Assembly (NCBI GenBank): GCA_964651705.1
Contig: CAZYWZ010000014.1
Location: 9,743 to 73,742, forward strand
Source: an uncultured Verrucomicrobiales bacterium
GTDB taxonomy: Bacteria; Verrucomicrobiota; Verrucomicrobiia; JADLBR01
Reading direction: 5' to 3'
DNA length: 64,000 nt
Below the pieces are notes generated by a model. It searched no databases. It was given only the letters and a program-made list of their open reading frames with translations, and was not told where the DNA came from. Below, piece after piece: positions 45,460 to 55,091 of this stretch (its first letter is position 1; each line of letters starts with the position of its first letter). The position numbers and the translations under genes were made by a program.

Positions 45460-46473
45460 TCAGAACTGCCGGAGGAAACGGAGGTCGTTCTGCTCGAAGA
45501 GGCGGATATCTGGGATGCCGTGGAGGATCATGACGATGCGTTCGACGCCGAGGCCGAAGGCGTAGCCGGTGAGGGCCTCGGGGTCGTAGCCGACGGCCTG
45601 GAAGACGGCGGGGTCGACCATGCCGCAGCCGGCGATCTCGAGCCAGTCTTTGCCCGCGCGGCCGAGGCTCTCGGAGGAGAGGTCGACCTCGAATGAGGGC
45701 TCGGTGAAGGGGAAGAAGTGGGGGCGGAAGCGCATGCGGGTGCCGGGGCCGAGGAGTTCGCGGAAGAAGAATTCCAAGGTGCCCTTGAGGTCGGCGAGGG
45801 AGACGCCGCGATCCACGCAGAGGCCCTCGATCTGGTGGAAGGAGGAGGAGTGGGTGGCGTCGATCTCGTCGCGGCGGTAGCAGCGGCCGGGGCAGATGAC
45901 GCGGACGGGCGGGGGCTGCGACCGCATGACGCGGATCTGGACCGGCGAGGTCTGGGTGCGCAGGAGGAAGCGCCCGTATTTCGGGTCCGCGGGGCGATCG
46001 AGGTAGAAGGTGTCCTGCTCGTTGCGGGCGGGGTGGTCGGGCGGGGTGTTGAGGGCGTCGAAGTTGTGCCATTCCGTTTCCACATCCGGCCCTTCGGCGA
46101 TGGCGAAGCCGAGGCGGCGGAAGATGGAGACGATGCGGTCGGTGACCTGCGTGATGAGGTGGAGGTGGCCGTCGGGCACCGGCCGGCCGGGGAGGGTCAC
46201 GTCGATGCCGGCCTCGTCGGTGGCGGCCTCGAGCCGTTCCTTGGCCGCGTCGAACAGCGACTGGATGCGGGTCTTGAATTCGTTGAGGCGCTGGCCGACC
46301 TCGCGCTTCTTCTCGTTGGGCACCTCCTTGAGGCGCTCCATGAGGGCGGGTATGGTCCCCTTGCGGGAGAGGAATTTCAGGCGGGCCTCCTCGAGGGCCT
46401 TGGCGTCGGCGACGGCATCGAGGGCCCGCGTCGCCTCGCGCTCCAATTCGGGGATCTGTTCGAGAATGTTCAC
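45460..46473 (-). CDS. pheS: phenylalanine--tRNA ligase alpha subunit
   Basis: Class II aaRS motifs FRPHFFPFTEPSFEVD and GCGMVDPAVF..GYAFGLGVERIVMILHGIPDIR. GTG start with a GGAG RBS 6 nt upstream. 337 aa. Confidence 0.9.
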   Translation of the reverse strand: MNILEQIPELEREATRALDAVADAKALEEARLKFLSRKGTIPALMERLKEVPNEKKREVGQRLNEFKTRIQSLFDAAKERLEAATDEAGIDVTLPGRPVPDGHLHLITQVTDRIVSIFRRLGFAIAEGPDVETEWHNFDALNTPPDHPARNEQDTFYLDRPADPKYGRFLLRTQTSPVQIRVMRSQPPPVRVICPGRCYRRDEIDATHSSSFHQIEGLCVDRGVSLADLKGTLEFFFRELLGPGTRMRFRPHFFPFTEPSFEVDLSSESLGRAGKDWLEIAGCGMVDPAVFQAVGYDPEALTGYAFGLGVERIVMILHGIPDIRLFEQNDLRFLRQF

Positions 46474-46581
46474 GTCTGGCTCCAGAGGGGAATTTAATAA
46501 GTGGCGGAGGGCGGGGAGGGAAGCGCGAATCTGGGGGAATGCCGGCGGTTGGCACTGGCTTCACCGGTCGGTGTTTCCGAT

Positions 46582-46613
46582 GCGGGGCCGCGCGAGTTGT
46601 CGTTCCCGCCCCG
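46582..46613 (-). terminator. hairpin GCGGGGC-(loop 18 nt)-GCCCCGC immediately after the stop of the HExxH gene
   Basis: 7-bp G/C stem directly downstream (minus strand) of the TAG at 46614-46616. No U-tract, so could instead be part of the pheS leader. Confidence 0.25.
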
Positions 46614-49600
46614 CTATCGGTGGAGTTGGGACTGCGTCGACAACCGGGCGATCCCCCCGCGGCTGACCTGTTGCCATTCGAATACCCGATCGTACGTGAT
46701 GCTGGAGCGCCCCGCCGTCATCCGTGCCCTGAGGATCAGGGTATCGCCCAACTTGTTGCCGGGCGGCACCTCCTGCCCTCTGGTGAGCGGCATGTTCTCC
46801 GTGCCGGGAGACACCTCTACGATCGGGGCGAAGCTCGTGTCGAACACATTCCAAGCGGTTCCTGGTCGCTGAAAAGAGATCCATCCGGCGATCTCTCCCT
46901 GGCCGGTCTCGTCCGTGATCGAGGCGGTTATCTCCAGGGTCGCCCCGGGCTGCAGGATTTCCATGCCCGTCTTGCACGACCACGTCATGGTACCGGAGTG
47001 GACGCCCTTCAGTTCCCCAAGTGTCCATTCCTCGCGCGAGTGAAGCGAGCCGTCGGTCGCCGTTCCGCTCTGTTTCGAGTAATCCGCCAGATTGTACTCT
47101 TCGCTCTTGTGGGTCTTCCGGGCGATGGATTTCCAGTGGAATCCGGCGCCGCCGGATGTATCCGGGGAGGGGGTGGGCGGCGAGCCCCTGCCGCCAACCT
47201 GCGGGTTGGCTCCCTCGTCCGATATCCGCACGACGACGGATGCCGGATCCTTTATTCCCGTGTTGAAGGCGACGACGAAGATCATGTCTTCCGGGCCGAC
47301 ATCCAGGCGGGTCGCAAATCCCTCCTTTTCGAGGCGCAGCCTGGGCGCGGGCTGGCCGCCGGGTTTCAGTGCCCGCCTGTCGATATCTTTCTCGTCTTTC
47401 CACTCCGTGCTCAGCGGCAAGACATAGACATCGGCCACCGTGGCAGGATCCCTTCGGACGAGCTCGACCTTCAGGGTCCTGTTGGTGAGCGTGCCCGCGT
47501 CCGACTTGGCGGGTTCGGGTTTCACGGCCCACAGGCGGATGGCGTAGTATGCCGGCACGGCAAAGGTATGCTCGATTGGGGCCGCCGCGGCCCCGCCCTT
47601 TGCCGGGAGCGGATAGGGGTCGAATTTCTCGGCGCAGTCCCTTTGCGGGACCGCGGTCAAGAGGACGCTGTCTTTGCTGAAGAGCAAGAAACCGGCGAAG
47701 TCCCGGTAGATCGTTTGCAGGCTTTCGCCGGTCCGTTCCTTGAGAAAGCTCCCGAGATTGTCGATCACGGGGTCAAGGCTTGGCCTGGCATCGACGATGG
47801 TGTGGGCGGTGGATACGATGGTGGGGTCTTTCCGGTTGGCCACGGCCAAATGCATTTCCTTGAAAGGTGCCTTCTTTTGGTTGACCAGATAGTCGATGAA
47901 CCAGGCCTTGTCGTACTCCAGTTCCTTGAAATCCGGGTGCGGGGGCAGCCCGTAGTAATTTAGGGGGAAATCCAGCAGCTTGGGATAGACAGTTCCGTGG
48001 CCGACCAATTGCTTCGACTGGGTGACTAGGCGCCCGGCGACGAAGTCGGCGCAGGCCTCGGCCCACCAGAGGTACGTGCCCCCCGTCTGCGCGTACGGGT
48101 GGTCGAACCAGCGACGGCCGATGACCTTATGCTGGAAGGCGTGAAAGAGCTCGTGCGCCGCACGGAATTTCAGGTTGGTAGCGCTCCAGGAATCCTTGGT
48201 GTCTGACCGGAAGTGGATGCGGTCGTAGTCGGGCTCGAAACAGCCGGGCCCCCCGCCGGGGACAAGCTTCGCCATCCAACTGTCGATCTTGACCACGATC
48301 GGGGTATCTGGCGGCTCCAGCCCAAGATCCGTCACGTAATACGCCATGGCCTCGTCGAGCGCGGCGCCCAGATCCCACACGAACAGCGGGATGCCGGGCC
48401 GTTCGCCGACGGGTATAGGTGGTCCCACGCGGTTGTTGCCCCACGCCAGATCACCCACGTGCGGGCTATTCGCCAGCGCGTCAGAGTCGCACAGGACGCG
48501 GAAGGCGGCGCTCATGCGGGGACGATTGAGCGTCCACTCGTACGCGGTGTGCGGGATGGTCCCGTTCATCTGGAAGTAGGAATTCGCAGCCCATTTGAGA
48601 TACCTTCCACCCTCCCTAACCGCGCCGCTCACCCCCTCGGTGATCCATTTGACGGGGCACAGGTGCAGGGTGCGCGTGATAATGGCCCGGTCGCCCTCGT
48701 CCACCTCCACCGGCATGCGGATCCACTTGTGTGGGCCCTCGTCCCAACGCCAGCCGCTGATCTGGTCCGCGGGCGCCAGATGCGGATTGAGGTCCTTCGG
48801 ATCGTACTTAGCCCGGATGACAATGCCCTGGTCGAAAACATTGGTCTTTCCGACGGTGATGTCGGCGGTGGCGAGGGTGCGGAAGCAACTGTCAATGGGA
48901 CTGAAGTCGTCACGGCCGCTGGCCCTGGTGATGTGGATCGCATCGGCGTCAGTGACCGAGCCTCTCGGGACGAGCACCGTGATGTCACCTGCTGAGTGTG
49001 CGATGAAGGCGCCATCGGGCTCGTGGGGGCGCGGCCCCGGCCCGCTGCCGGGCGATACTTCGTGTCCGAGGACTTCGACGCGGGCCAGGTGCAGGTAATC
49101 CCGGCGGCGCAGGCCGAGTTTGACGTATCGGGCGGGCTCCGGGGTCGACAGGTGGATATCCCATGCCGCCCTCACGTCGTCGAGTCTGGCGACCTCGCGC
49201 CACGAGCGCCGATCGCCAGACAACCAGACGGTGAGGCCCCTGGCCCGCTCTCGCAACTGGCGTCGGCGGTTCTCGACCCTCAGCCCGGTGATGGTGCTCG
49301 GGCGACCAAGGTCGATCTCTATATACGGGCTGTCTTCAAGAGCGGTATGGAACGCGAACTCCTCGGCCAGTTCGGGCTGGTCAGGGAGGCGCGCCGTGTG
49401 GAGAGGGCCAACGCCCGTGAGGAGAACTGGCAGTGGGCGGTAATCGCGCGCGTAGTCGGAACTTGTGCGATAGGTGGCGCTGAGGGAAATGACCGTGTCC
49501 TTTTCCGGGCCCGAAGGCGGCAAAGATGCGGTCTCCCCGCATTGGCCCGACCGAGCGGGCATGAGCGTCGCGACGGCGACGATGGCCAGTGACACCACGC

Positions 49601-49634
49601 GGGATGGATGCCGGTGGGGTAACCATCCGCCCAT
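46614..49634 (-). CDS. large secreted protein with HExxH zinc-metallopeptidase-like motif (HELFHAFQH)
   Basis: Start MGGWLPHRHPSRVVSLAIVAVATLMPA (signal) preceded by an AT-rich TATACATTATAT box. ~1006 aa. The ORF track extends to 49748. Confidence 0.6.
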   Translation of the reverse strand: MGGWLPHRHPSRVVSLAIVAVATLMPARSGQCGETASLPPSGPEKDTVISLSATYRTSSDYARDYRPLPVLLTGVGPLHTARLPDQPELAEEFAFHTALEDSPYIEIDLGRPSTITGLRVENRRRQLRERARGLTVWLSGDRRSWREVARLDDVRAAWDIHLSTPEPARYVKLGLRRRDYLHLARVEVLGHEVSPGSGPGPRPHEPDGAFIAHSAGDITVLVPRGSVTDADAIHITRASGRDDFSPIDSCFRTLATADITVGKTNVFDQGIVIRAKYDPKDLNPHLAPADQISGWRWDEGPHKWIRMPVEVDEGDRAIITRTLHLCPVKWITEGVSGAVREGGRYLKWAANSYFQMNGTIPHTAYEWTLNRPRMSAAFRVLCDSDALANSPHVGDLAWGNNRVGPPIPVGERPGIPLFVWDLGAALDEAMAYYVTDLGLEPPDTPIVVKIDSWMAKLVPGGGPGCFEPDYDRIHFRSDTKDSWSATNLKFRAAHELFHAFQHKVIGRRWFDHPYAQTGGTYLWWAEACADFVAGRLVTQSKQLVGHGTVYPKLLDFPLNYYGLPPHPDFKELEYDKAWFIDYLVNQKKAPFKEMHLAVANRKDPTIVSTAHTIVDARPSLDPVIDNLGSFLKERTGESLQTIYRDFAGFLLFSKDSVLLTAVPQRDCAEKFDPYPLPAKGGAAAAPIEHTFAVPAYYAIRLWAVKPEPAKSDAGTLTNRTLKVELVRRDPATVADVYVLPLSTEWKDEKDIDRRALKPGGQPAPRLRLEKEGFATRLDVGPEDMIFVVAFNTGIKDPASVVVRISDEGANPQVGGRGSPPTPSPDTSGGAGFHWKSIARKTHKSEEYNLADYSKQSGTATDGSLHSREEWTLGELKGVHSGTMTWSCKTGMEILQPGATLEITASITDETGQGEIAGWISFQRPGTAWNVFDTSFAPIVEVSPGTENMPLTRGQEVPPGNKLGDTLILRARMTAGRSSITYDRVFEWQQVSRGGIARLSTQSQLHR

Positions 49635-49768
49635 GGATATAATGTATAGGCTGTCGCATGGGAGTCGAGTGGAATGCGGGCGATGGCGAGCGGTTGCCGC
49701 GGCGTGCGCCACCGGGGTTAAATTCGGATTGGGCGGTGGAACAGACATTCCTGTCTGCCCCCGGGAAT

Positions 49769-50001
49769 CCCGTGCCCCAAATCCTCGCGTAAGGATCGCT
49801 CCCCGAGTGACGTACCCTCAACGAACCGTATAGGACACAGGCACGTCACTTTGCCAAGTTTTGTAGGGCGCGGATTCCTATCCGCGCCACGCACGGTCCT
49901 GCCGGTTGCCCGTGGCGCGAAAGGGATTTCGCGCCCTACATTCCCAAGTGTTGCGCCTCCGGGTAGTGCCTTACGCGAGGATTTGGGTCCGTGCGCACGG
50001 G
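49769..50001. repeat. MITE-like palindromic element: ~26-nt terminal inverted repeats (CCCGTGCCCCAAATCCTCGCGTAAGG / CCTTACGCGAGGATTTGGG..CACGGG) enclosing an R3 palindrome doublet (49863-49939)
   Basis: The internal doublet is the reverse-complement arrangement of the 38385-38460 doublet. TIR arms match 23 of 26 positions with one 7-nt insertion. Confidence 0.6.
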
Positions 50002-50138
50002 CCTTGACGTGGGCTACCAGAGACGCCGGATGGCAGACAACTTGCCCGCCTTGGGCCGGGGCATTGTCTGCCTGGTGCGGATGGGCGACCGCTTGCGAGC
50101 TAGTGATTTGACATCGTGCCGTTGGCGGACTCACGCTC

Positions 50139-53030
50139 TTGGGCATGCGGCGAACCGAAGAACGGGTGCGGTCTTCGATCTGGGGTGGGTTATCGGTCTT
50201 GGCGTTAGTCGCGTCTGCGGCCGCGTCGTTCTCGGATGAGCCATTCGATCCGATCGCGGAGCTGCGGCGTCACGACGTGGTGTGGGATTCGCCGAGCCGA
50301 GACTGGAATGGGACGATGCCGATTGGCAACGGCGAGATCGGGGTGAACGCGTGGTGGGAAGAGGGCGGCGATCTGCGCCTGCTGATGGCGCGGACGGACG
50401 CGTGGGATGAGTGGGGGAGGCTGGTGAAGGTTGGCATGGTGCGGATCGGGTTGAGACCGAATCCGGTGGTTGAGGGGAAGACGTTCCGGCAGGCCTTGCG
50501 GCTGGCGGACGGGACGATCCAGTTTGTTTTGGACGGTGGGAGGATCGAGGTGCGGCTGTGGGTGGACGCGCATCGGCCCGTCATCATGGTTGAGATTTCC
50601 GGCGAGGGTGAGGTCGGGGCCACCGCGACCATCGAGAGCTGGCGCCAGGGACCGCGGACGATCCGGTACGACGGCAAGGGGTATTTCGGCGACCCGGAGT
50701 TCCGGCGGCCTGCGCCCTCGGAGATCGTCTCGTTGCCGGATGCGATCCTGTCATTGCGGCAATTGCCCGGCGATGGGCGGATCGGCTGGTTGCATGACAA
50801 CGGGGAGACGGACTGTTACGAGCGAAGCGCGCGGCTCCAGGGGCTCGAGGGGTATCCGGGGAAAGATCCTTTGGAGAATCGGGCCTTCGGCGGGGTGGTG
50901 TCTTGCGGGGGCGCGAGGCGCGTGGATGACGCCACGCTGGTGGCCGGGCCGGGGCGCACGCATTGTTTTGAGATCGCGGTGGTGACGCGGCATCCGAGTG
51001 CCGCCGACGCGTGGGTCGAGGCGGCGCTCGGCGCGCTGGAGGAGGCGGGTCGGGAGCCGGTCGGGGCGCGGCGCGCGGCGCACGAGCGCTGGTGGCGGGA
51101 CTTCTGGGGGCGAAGCTGGATCTTTGTTTCGGGCGAATTGGAGGCGAAGCCGGGGCCGATCGTACCGGGGAACGAATACCCGCTGCGGTTCGGGTCGGAC
51201 CAGTCGGGAGGGAGCCGGTTTCCGGGAGAGATTGGCCGCGTGAGCCTCTTCCCTCGCGCGCTGGGAGAGGCGGATCTGGCGGCGCTCATGGCCGCGGCTC
51301 ACGACCAGCCGCTGCCCGCGGGCATGGGAGCGGTCGCCGGCGCCATGGGCGCGGCCGAGCGTGTCCGCTGGGACGATGCGCTGGGCGAGGCGGGCGCGCT
51401 TGGGATCGAGGCCTGGGTGAAGATGGCCGCGGGCGATAGCCGGGGCGGCCGGATCGCGGACAAGATCAAGCCGGGCGGCGGCGATGGATTCCTGTTCGAC
51501 ACGCATCCCGGCAAGGGATTGCGTCTCATCATCGGGCGCCGCGTCCTCACGAAGCCCCTGATATTGCCGGTGGGGCGGTGGGTGCATCTGGCCGCGAGCG
51601 CAGAAGGCGGCGGCGGGCGATGGCGCCTGTTCGTGAATGGCGCCGAGGTCGCGGCGGATGGCTCGCCGGCATCGGACGAGAATGCGGCGCTCGCCGTCAC
51701 GCGCGGCTACATCTTGCAGCGGTGGATCACGGCGTGCGCCGGGCGCGGGGAGCTGCCGATCAAGTTTAACGGCTCCCTGTTCACGGTGCCAACCGACGAG
51801 GCGCCGGAGACGTGGAAGGGAGATCCCGACTACCGGCGCTGGGGCTCGGGCTACTGGTGGCAGAACACCCGCCTGCCGTACATCTCGGCCTGCGCGGCCG
51901 GCGACTTTGACCTGTTGCTGCCGCTGTTCCGCATGTATGCGGGCGAGACGCTGGAGGTGGCGAAGTATCGCAACCGGCACCACCTGAAGGCGCCCGGCGC
52001 CTTCCTCAACGAGTGCTCCTATTTCTGGGGACATGCGTTCAACGAGTGCTACGGGTTCGAGCGGGAGCCGGGCCTGCCCGCCGGGATCAACGAGAACGGG
52101 TATCACCGGTGGGAATTCACGGCCGGGTACGAGTTGCTCTGGATGATGCTGGATTATCACGATCACACCCGGGATGACACGTTCCTCGAAAGAACGCTGT
52201 TGCCCTTCTCCCGGGAGATCTTGGCGTTCTACGATGGGCATTACCCGACCGATGGCGATGGGCATATCGTCATCCATCCGGCCCAGGCGCTCGAGACGTG
52301 GTGGGACTGCACCAACCCGATGACCGATGTCGCGGGGCTCGCCGCGGTGTGCGAGCGGTTGCTCGAAATGCCGGGGAAGAAGGGCATTTCCGGCGTGTTG
52401 TTCCGGCGCGCCGCCGGCGGACTGCCGGATGATTTGGACGCCCTCGTGCGCCGGTTGCGCGCCAAGATGCCCCCGCTGCCCACGATCGAGCGGGACGGCG
52501 CACGGATGCTCGCGCCCGCAGGGCGGTTCGAGAACAAGCGCAACATCGAGAACCCCGAACTGTACGCCGTGTTCCCCTTCCGTCGCATCGCGGTGGGTCG
52601 CCCCGATCTGGAGTGGGGCGTCCGGGCCTTCCACGCCAGGACCGACAAGGGCGATTCCGGCTGGCGTCAGGATGATATCTTCGCGGCGTATCTTGGCCTC
52701 GCCGACGAGGCCGCGAGGCTGCTGGTCGGCCGCGCCCGCAAGCGGCATGCCGCGTCGCGTTTCCCCGCGTTCTGGGGGCCGAACTATGACTGGGTGCCGG
52801 ACCAGGACCACGGCGGCGTGCTGATGCGCGCGCTGCAGGCCATGCTGATGCAGACGGACGGTCGCGGGATCCATCTCTTGCCGGCATGGCCGAAGGGATG
52901 GGAAGCCCGGTTCAGACTCCATGCCCCGGACCGGACGACGGTCGAGGGTCGGATCGAGGGCGGGCGTGTCGTGGATCTCGCCGTGTCGCCCGCGGCGCGT
53001 CGCGCGGACGTTAGGGTGATGGGGCAGTGA
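50139..53030 (+). CDS. large secreted putative glycoside hydrolase with inserted concanavalin-A/LamG-like domain (DUF5703-like N-terminus)
   Basis: 963 aa. Signal SSIWGGLSVLALVASAAASF. Central segment GRVSLFPRALGEADLAALMAA...RLFVNGAEVAADG resembles a LamG insertion. C-terminal aromatic-rich catalytic-like region. Confidence 0.55.
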   Translation: MGMRRTEERVRSSIWGGLSVLALVASAAASFSDEPFDPIAELRRHDVVWDSPSRDWNGTMPIGNGEIGVNAWWEEGGDLRLLMARTDAWDEWGRLVKVGMVRIGLRPNPVVEGKTFRQALRLADGTIQFVLDGGRIEVRLWVDAHRPVIMVEISGEGEVGATATIESWRQGPRTIRYDGKGYFGDPEFRRPAPSEIVSLPDAILSLRQLPGDGRIGWLHDNGETDCYERSARLQGLEGYPGKDPLENRAFGGVVSCGGARRVDDATLVAGPGRTHCFEIAVVTRHPSAADAWVEAALGALEEAGREPVGARRAAHERWWRDFWGRSWIFVSGELEAKPGPIVPGNEYPLRFGSDQSGGSRFPGEIGRVSLFPRALGEADLAALMAAAHDQPLPAGMGAVAGAMGAAERVRWDDALGEAGALGIEAWVKMAAGDSRGGRIADKIKPGGGDGFLFDTHPGKGLRLIIGRRVLTKPLILPVGRWVHLAASAEGGGGRWRLFVNGAEVAADGSPASDENAALAVTRGYILQRWITACAGRGELPIKFNGSLFTVPTDEAPETWKGDPDYRRWGSGYWWQNTRLPYISACAAGDFDLLLPLFRMYAGETLEVAKYRNRHHLKAPGAFLNECSYFWGHAFNECYGFEREPGLPAGINENGYHRWEFTAGYELLWMMLDYHDHTRDDTFLERTLLPFSREILAFYDGHYPTDGDGHIVIHPAQALETWWDCTNPMTDVAGLAAVCERLLEMPGKKGISGVLFRRAAGGLPDDLDALVRRLRAKMPPLPTIERDGARMLAPAGRFENKRNIENPELYAVFPFRRIAVGRPDLEWGVRAFHARTDKGDSGWRQDDIFAAYLGLADEAARLLVGRARKRHAASRFPAFWGPNYDWVPDQDHGGVLMRALQAMLMQTDGRGIHLLPAWPKGWEARFRLHAPDRTTVEGRIEGGRVVDLAVSPAARRADVRVMGQ

Positions 53031-53091
53031 GATTTGCGCGGCGCGGCACGGCCGTGGCGCAGAGCCGGGGTGTGGTGGGCCCCGGTGGCGC

Positions 53092-53268
53092 GGGCCAAAC
53101 GCCTTGGGGCGTTCGGCTGCGGGAATCTTCGAGCTAGATCCCGTGCCCCGCGTGCGGGGCACCACCGGGGCGGAAAATGGTAGGCTGCGCCTTGGCGCAC
53201 GCTGCCGAATCGAATGTCCGCGTGCGCCAAGGCGCAGCCTACATCGCGACCCGATTTTCGAGTCGGGT
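53092..53268. repeat. composite REP/MITE-like element (R4 motif, R7 head TTCGAGCTAGATCCCGTGCCCCGCGTGCGGGGCACCACCGGGG, TAGGCTGCGCCTTGGCGCAC palindrome doublet, GATTTTCGAGTC tail)
   Basis: Same head and tail as 38332-38494. The core doublet is a sequence variant (53180-53200 and 53222-53242, mutual reverse complements). Confidence 0.65.
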
Positions 53269-53274
53269 CCCTGG

Positions 53275-53883
53275 TCACTCCCCGTCCTCCGCGCTTGGCA
53301 GGCGGATGTCCCATTTCAGCGCGGCCATGCGCAGGAGGAAGATCACGGTCAATCCGGCGGGCATCGTGACCTGCGCGGGGGCGCCCGCTTGGCCTAGGAG
53401 GAGGTACACCCACGCCCCGATGAATGCGCAGGTCGCGTGTAGCGGTGCCGAGCGGAACAGGCTGGGGATCTCGTTGCAGATGACGTCGGCTATGACGCCG
53501 CCGAAGGTGCCGGTGATCACCGCGAGGATCGAGGCGATCAGACGCGAGGTCCCGGACTCCAGCGCATAGGCCGCGCCGGTGATGCTGAAGAGCGCGAGCC
53601 CGAGCGCGTCGGGGATGGGCAGGAAACGCTCGAGGCGCCGCATCGCGCGCGGCATCAGGGACCCCGCGATGGCCAGCCCCAGCACGATGGCCGCGTAGTG
53701 ATGCTTGGCGATCCAGAACAGCGGGTGGCGATCGAGGAACACGTCCCGCAACGTGCCGCCGCCGAAGGCGATCGCCCCCGAGACCGCGAATAGGCCCACC
53801 GCGTCGAAACGCTTCCGGCAGCCGAGCAGGATGCCGTACATCGCGGAGGAGATGACCGCGAAGCACTCGATGGTGGTGAGCAT
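53275..53883 (-). CDS. UPF0126/TRIC-family membrane protein (YicG/YadS-like, two UPF0126 repeats)
   Basis: GGGTLRDVFL glycine-rich motif in repeat 1 and GTFGGVIADVI in repeat 2. 6-7 TM segments. Start MLTTIECFAV. Confidence 0.7.
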   Translation of the reverse strand: MLTTIECFAVISSAMYGILLGCRKRFDAVGLFAVSGAIAFGGGTLRDVFLDRHPLFWIAKHHYAAIVLGLAIAGSLMPRAMRRLERFLPIPDALGLALFSITGAAYALESGTSRLIASILAVITGTFGGVIADVICNEIPSLFRSAPLHATCAFIGAWVYLLLGQAGAPAQVTMPAGLTVIFLLRMAALKWDIRLPSAEDGE

Positions 53884-54037
53884 TCCGACGCCATGATACG
53901 ACCCGCGGGCGCGAGCGGGAGGAGATTCTCGTGCCGGCCGGCCGGGATGTCCGCTGTAGCGAAGGGCGCCCAGAGATAAGCGGGCATGTGACCATTCGCC
54001 CGAGAGCGTGTATATATTCTCACGAGGAACGCGCCCC

Positions 54038-55060
54038 ATGCGAAATCAGGACCCTCCCCCTAGCTCCCCTCATTCTCATTTTCTGCCGGTTGTCGCCCTT
54101 TTCATCATGGCGCCGGTCTTCTCCGAGCTGCTCTCGGGATACCTGCCGCCCGCGAAGTTCTTTCAGCTTCGGAGCCTCGCGCTGAACATCGCCTTCTATA
54201 GCAGCGGCGCGATTCTGATTCGCGAGCTGTTGGTCCGCTGGGAAAAGGGGTGGCCGACCCTGCTCTTGCTCGGCGCGGCCTACGCCCTGCTTGAGGAAGG
54301 ACTGATGACCAAAGCCTTCTTTGATCCGGAGTGGCATGAGGTGGGGATGCGCGCGGGCTATGGCCGGCTCGGGGGTGTCAATTGGATACTGGCCTTGCGC
54401 CTGATTATTTTCCATTCGGTCTTGAGCATCTCCATTCCGATCGTGATGGCCCATTTCATGTTCCCGAAGCGCAGCGCCGAACCCTGGATCAACAACTGGC
54501 TTTTCGCGTTTTTCTTGGTGCTCTTGGCGGCGGGCACGGGGCTTGGCTATTTCTTTGCGACGCCCTATCGCATTCCGCCTCTCCAACTTTGTCTTGGCTG
54601 GCTGGCTTTCTTTCTGCTGATCGCCCTTGCCAGACTGCTGCCCCGCGAGCCGTTCAAGCTTCGCGGGCGGCCAAGCGTCTCCCGCTGGTGGTTCTTTTTG
54701 ATAGGTCTTCTGGCGCCCATTGGCTTTGTGGTATTCGGATTCAAAGTTCCCTCGGATGGCAAGCTCCCCGCTTGGGCGGCGCTGCTTCTTTTGGCGGGCT
54801 TCGCGGGCTTCATCCTCTGGCTTGTCATGAAGCTTTCGGGCAATTGCGGGGCATGGAAGGCGCGCCAGCGCTTTGCTTTGGCTTCAGGCGTCGTGATGTT
54901 TTCCACCATATTGATGATTATGAACGAGCAGGACGATGGCTCGAAGCGGTTGGTCGGTCTGGCGGGCCTGATCTTTGTGATTATGATGGCCCGGCAGGCC
55001 CGCCGTGTGGAAAAATGGGAAGCAGTCGAATCCGGGGGCGGCCCACGATTCCCTTGTTGA
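54038..55060 (+). CDS. polytopic membrane protein, function unknown
   Basis: About 340 aa with 8 or more hydrophobic segments. Divergently oriented to the UPF0126 gene. Start could be 54008. Confidence 0.5.
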   Translation: MRNQDPPPSSPHSHFLPVVALFIMAPVFSELLSGYLPPAKFFQLRSLALNIAFYSSGAILIRELLVRWEKGWPTLLLLGAAYALLEEGLMTKAFFDPEWHEVGMRAGYGRLGGVNWILALRLIIFHSVLSISIPIVMAHFMFPKRSAEPWINNWLFAFFLVLLAAGTGLGYFFATPYRIPPLQLCLGWLAFFLLIALARLLPREPFKLRGRPSVSRWWFFLIGLLAPIGFVVFGFKVPSDGKLPAWAALLLLAGFAGFILWLVMKLSGNCGAWKARQRFALASGVVMFSTILMIMNEQDDGSKRLVGLAGLIFVIMMARQARRVEKWEAVESGGGPRFPC

Positions 55061-55091
55061 GGGCGCAGCCGCCCCGCTAAGATGTCCATCA

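Noticed and set aside
45288-45533. 81-aa ORF in the pheS-TPR spacer
   Set aside because: It overlaps the pheS 3-prime end in another frame, has an Arg/Gly-rich composition, and the region is better explained by terminator-like hairpins.
50751-53165. 804-aa minus-strand ORF
   Set aside because: Antisense to the plus-strand gene 50139-53030, which has a signal peptide and a domain-like organisation. The translation is Arg/Pro/Gly-rich, typical of spurious ORFs on the opposite strand of high-GC genes. The same reasoning applies to 35454-38237 (antisense to glcF/glcD), 17321-19411, 4655-6379, 758-2449 and 9068-10708.
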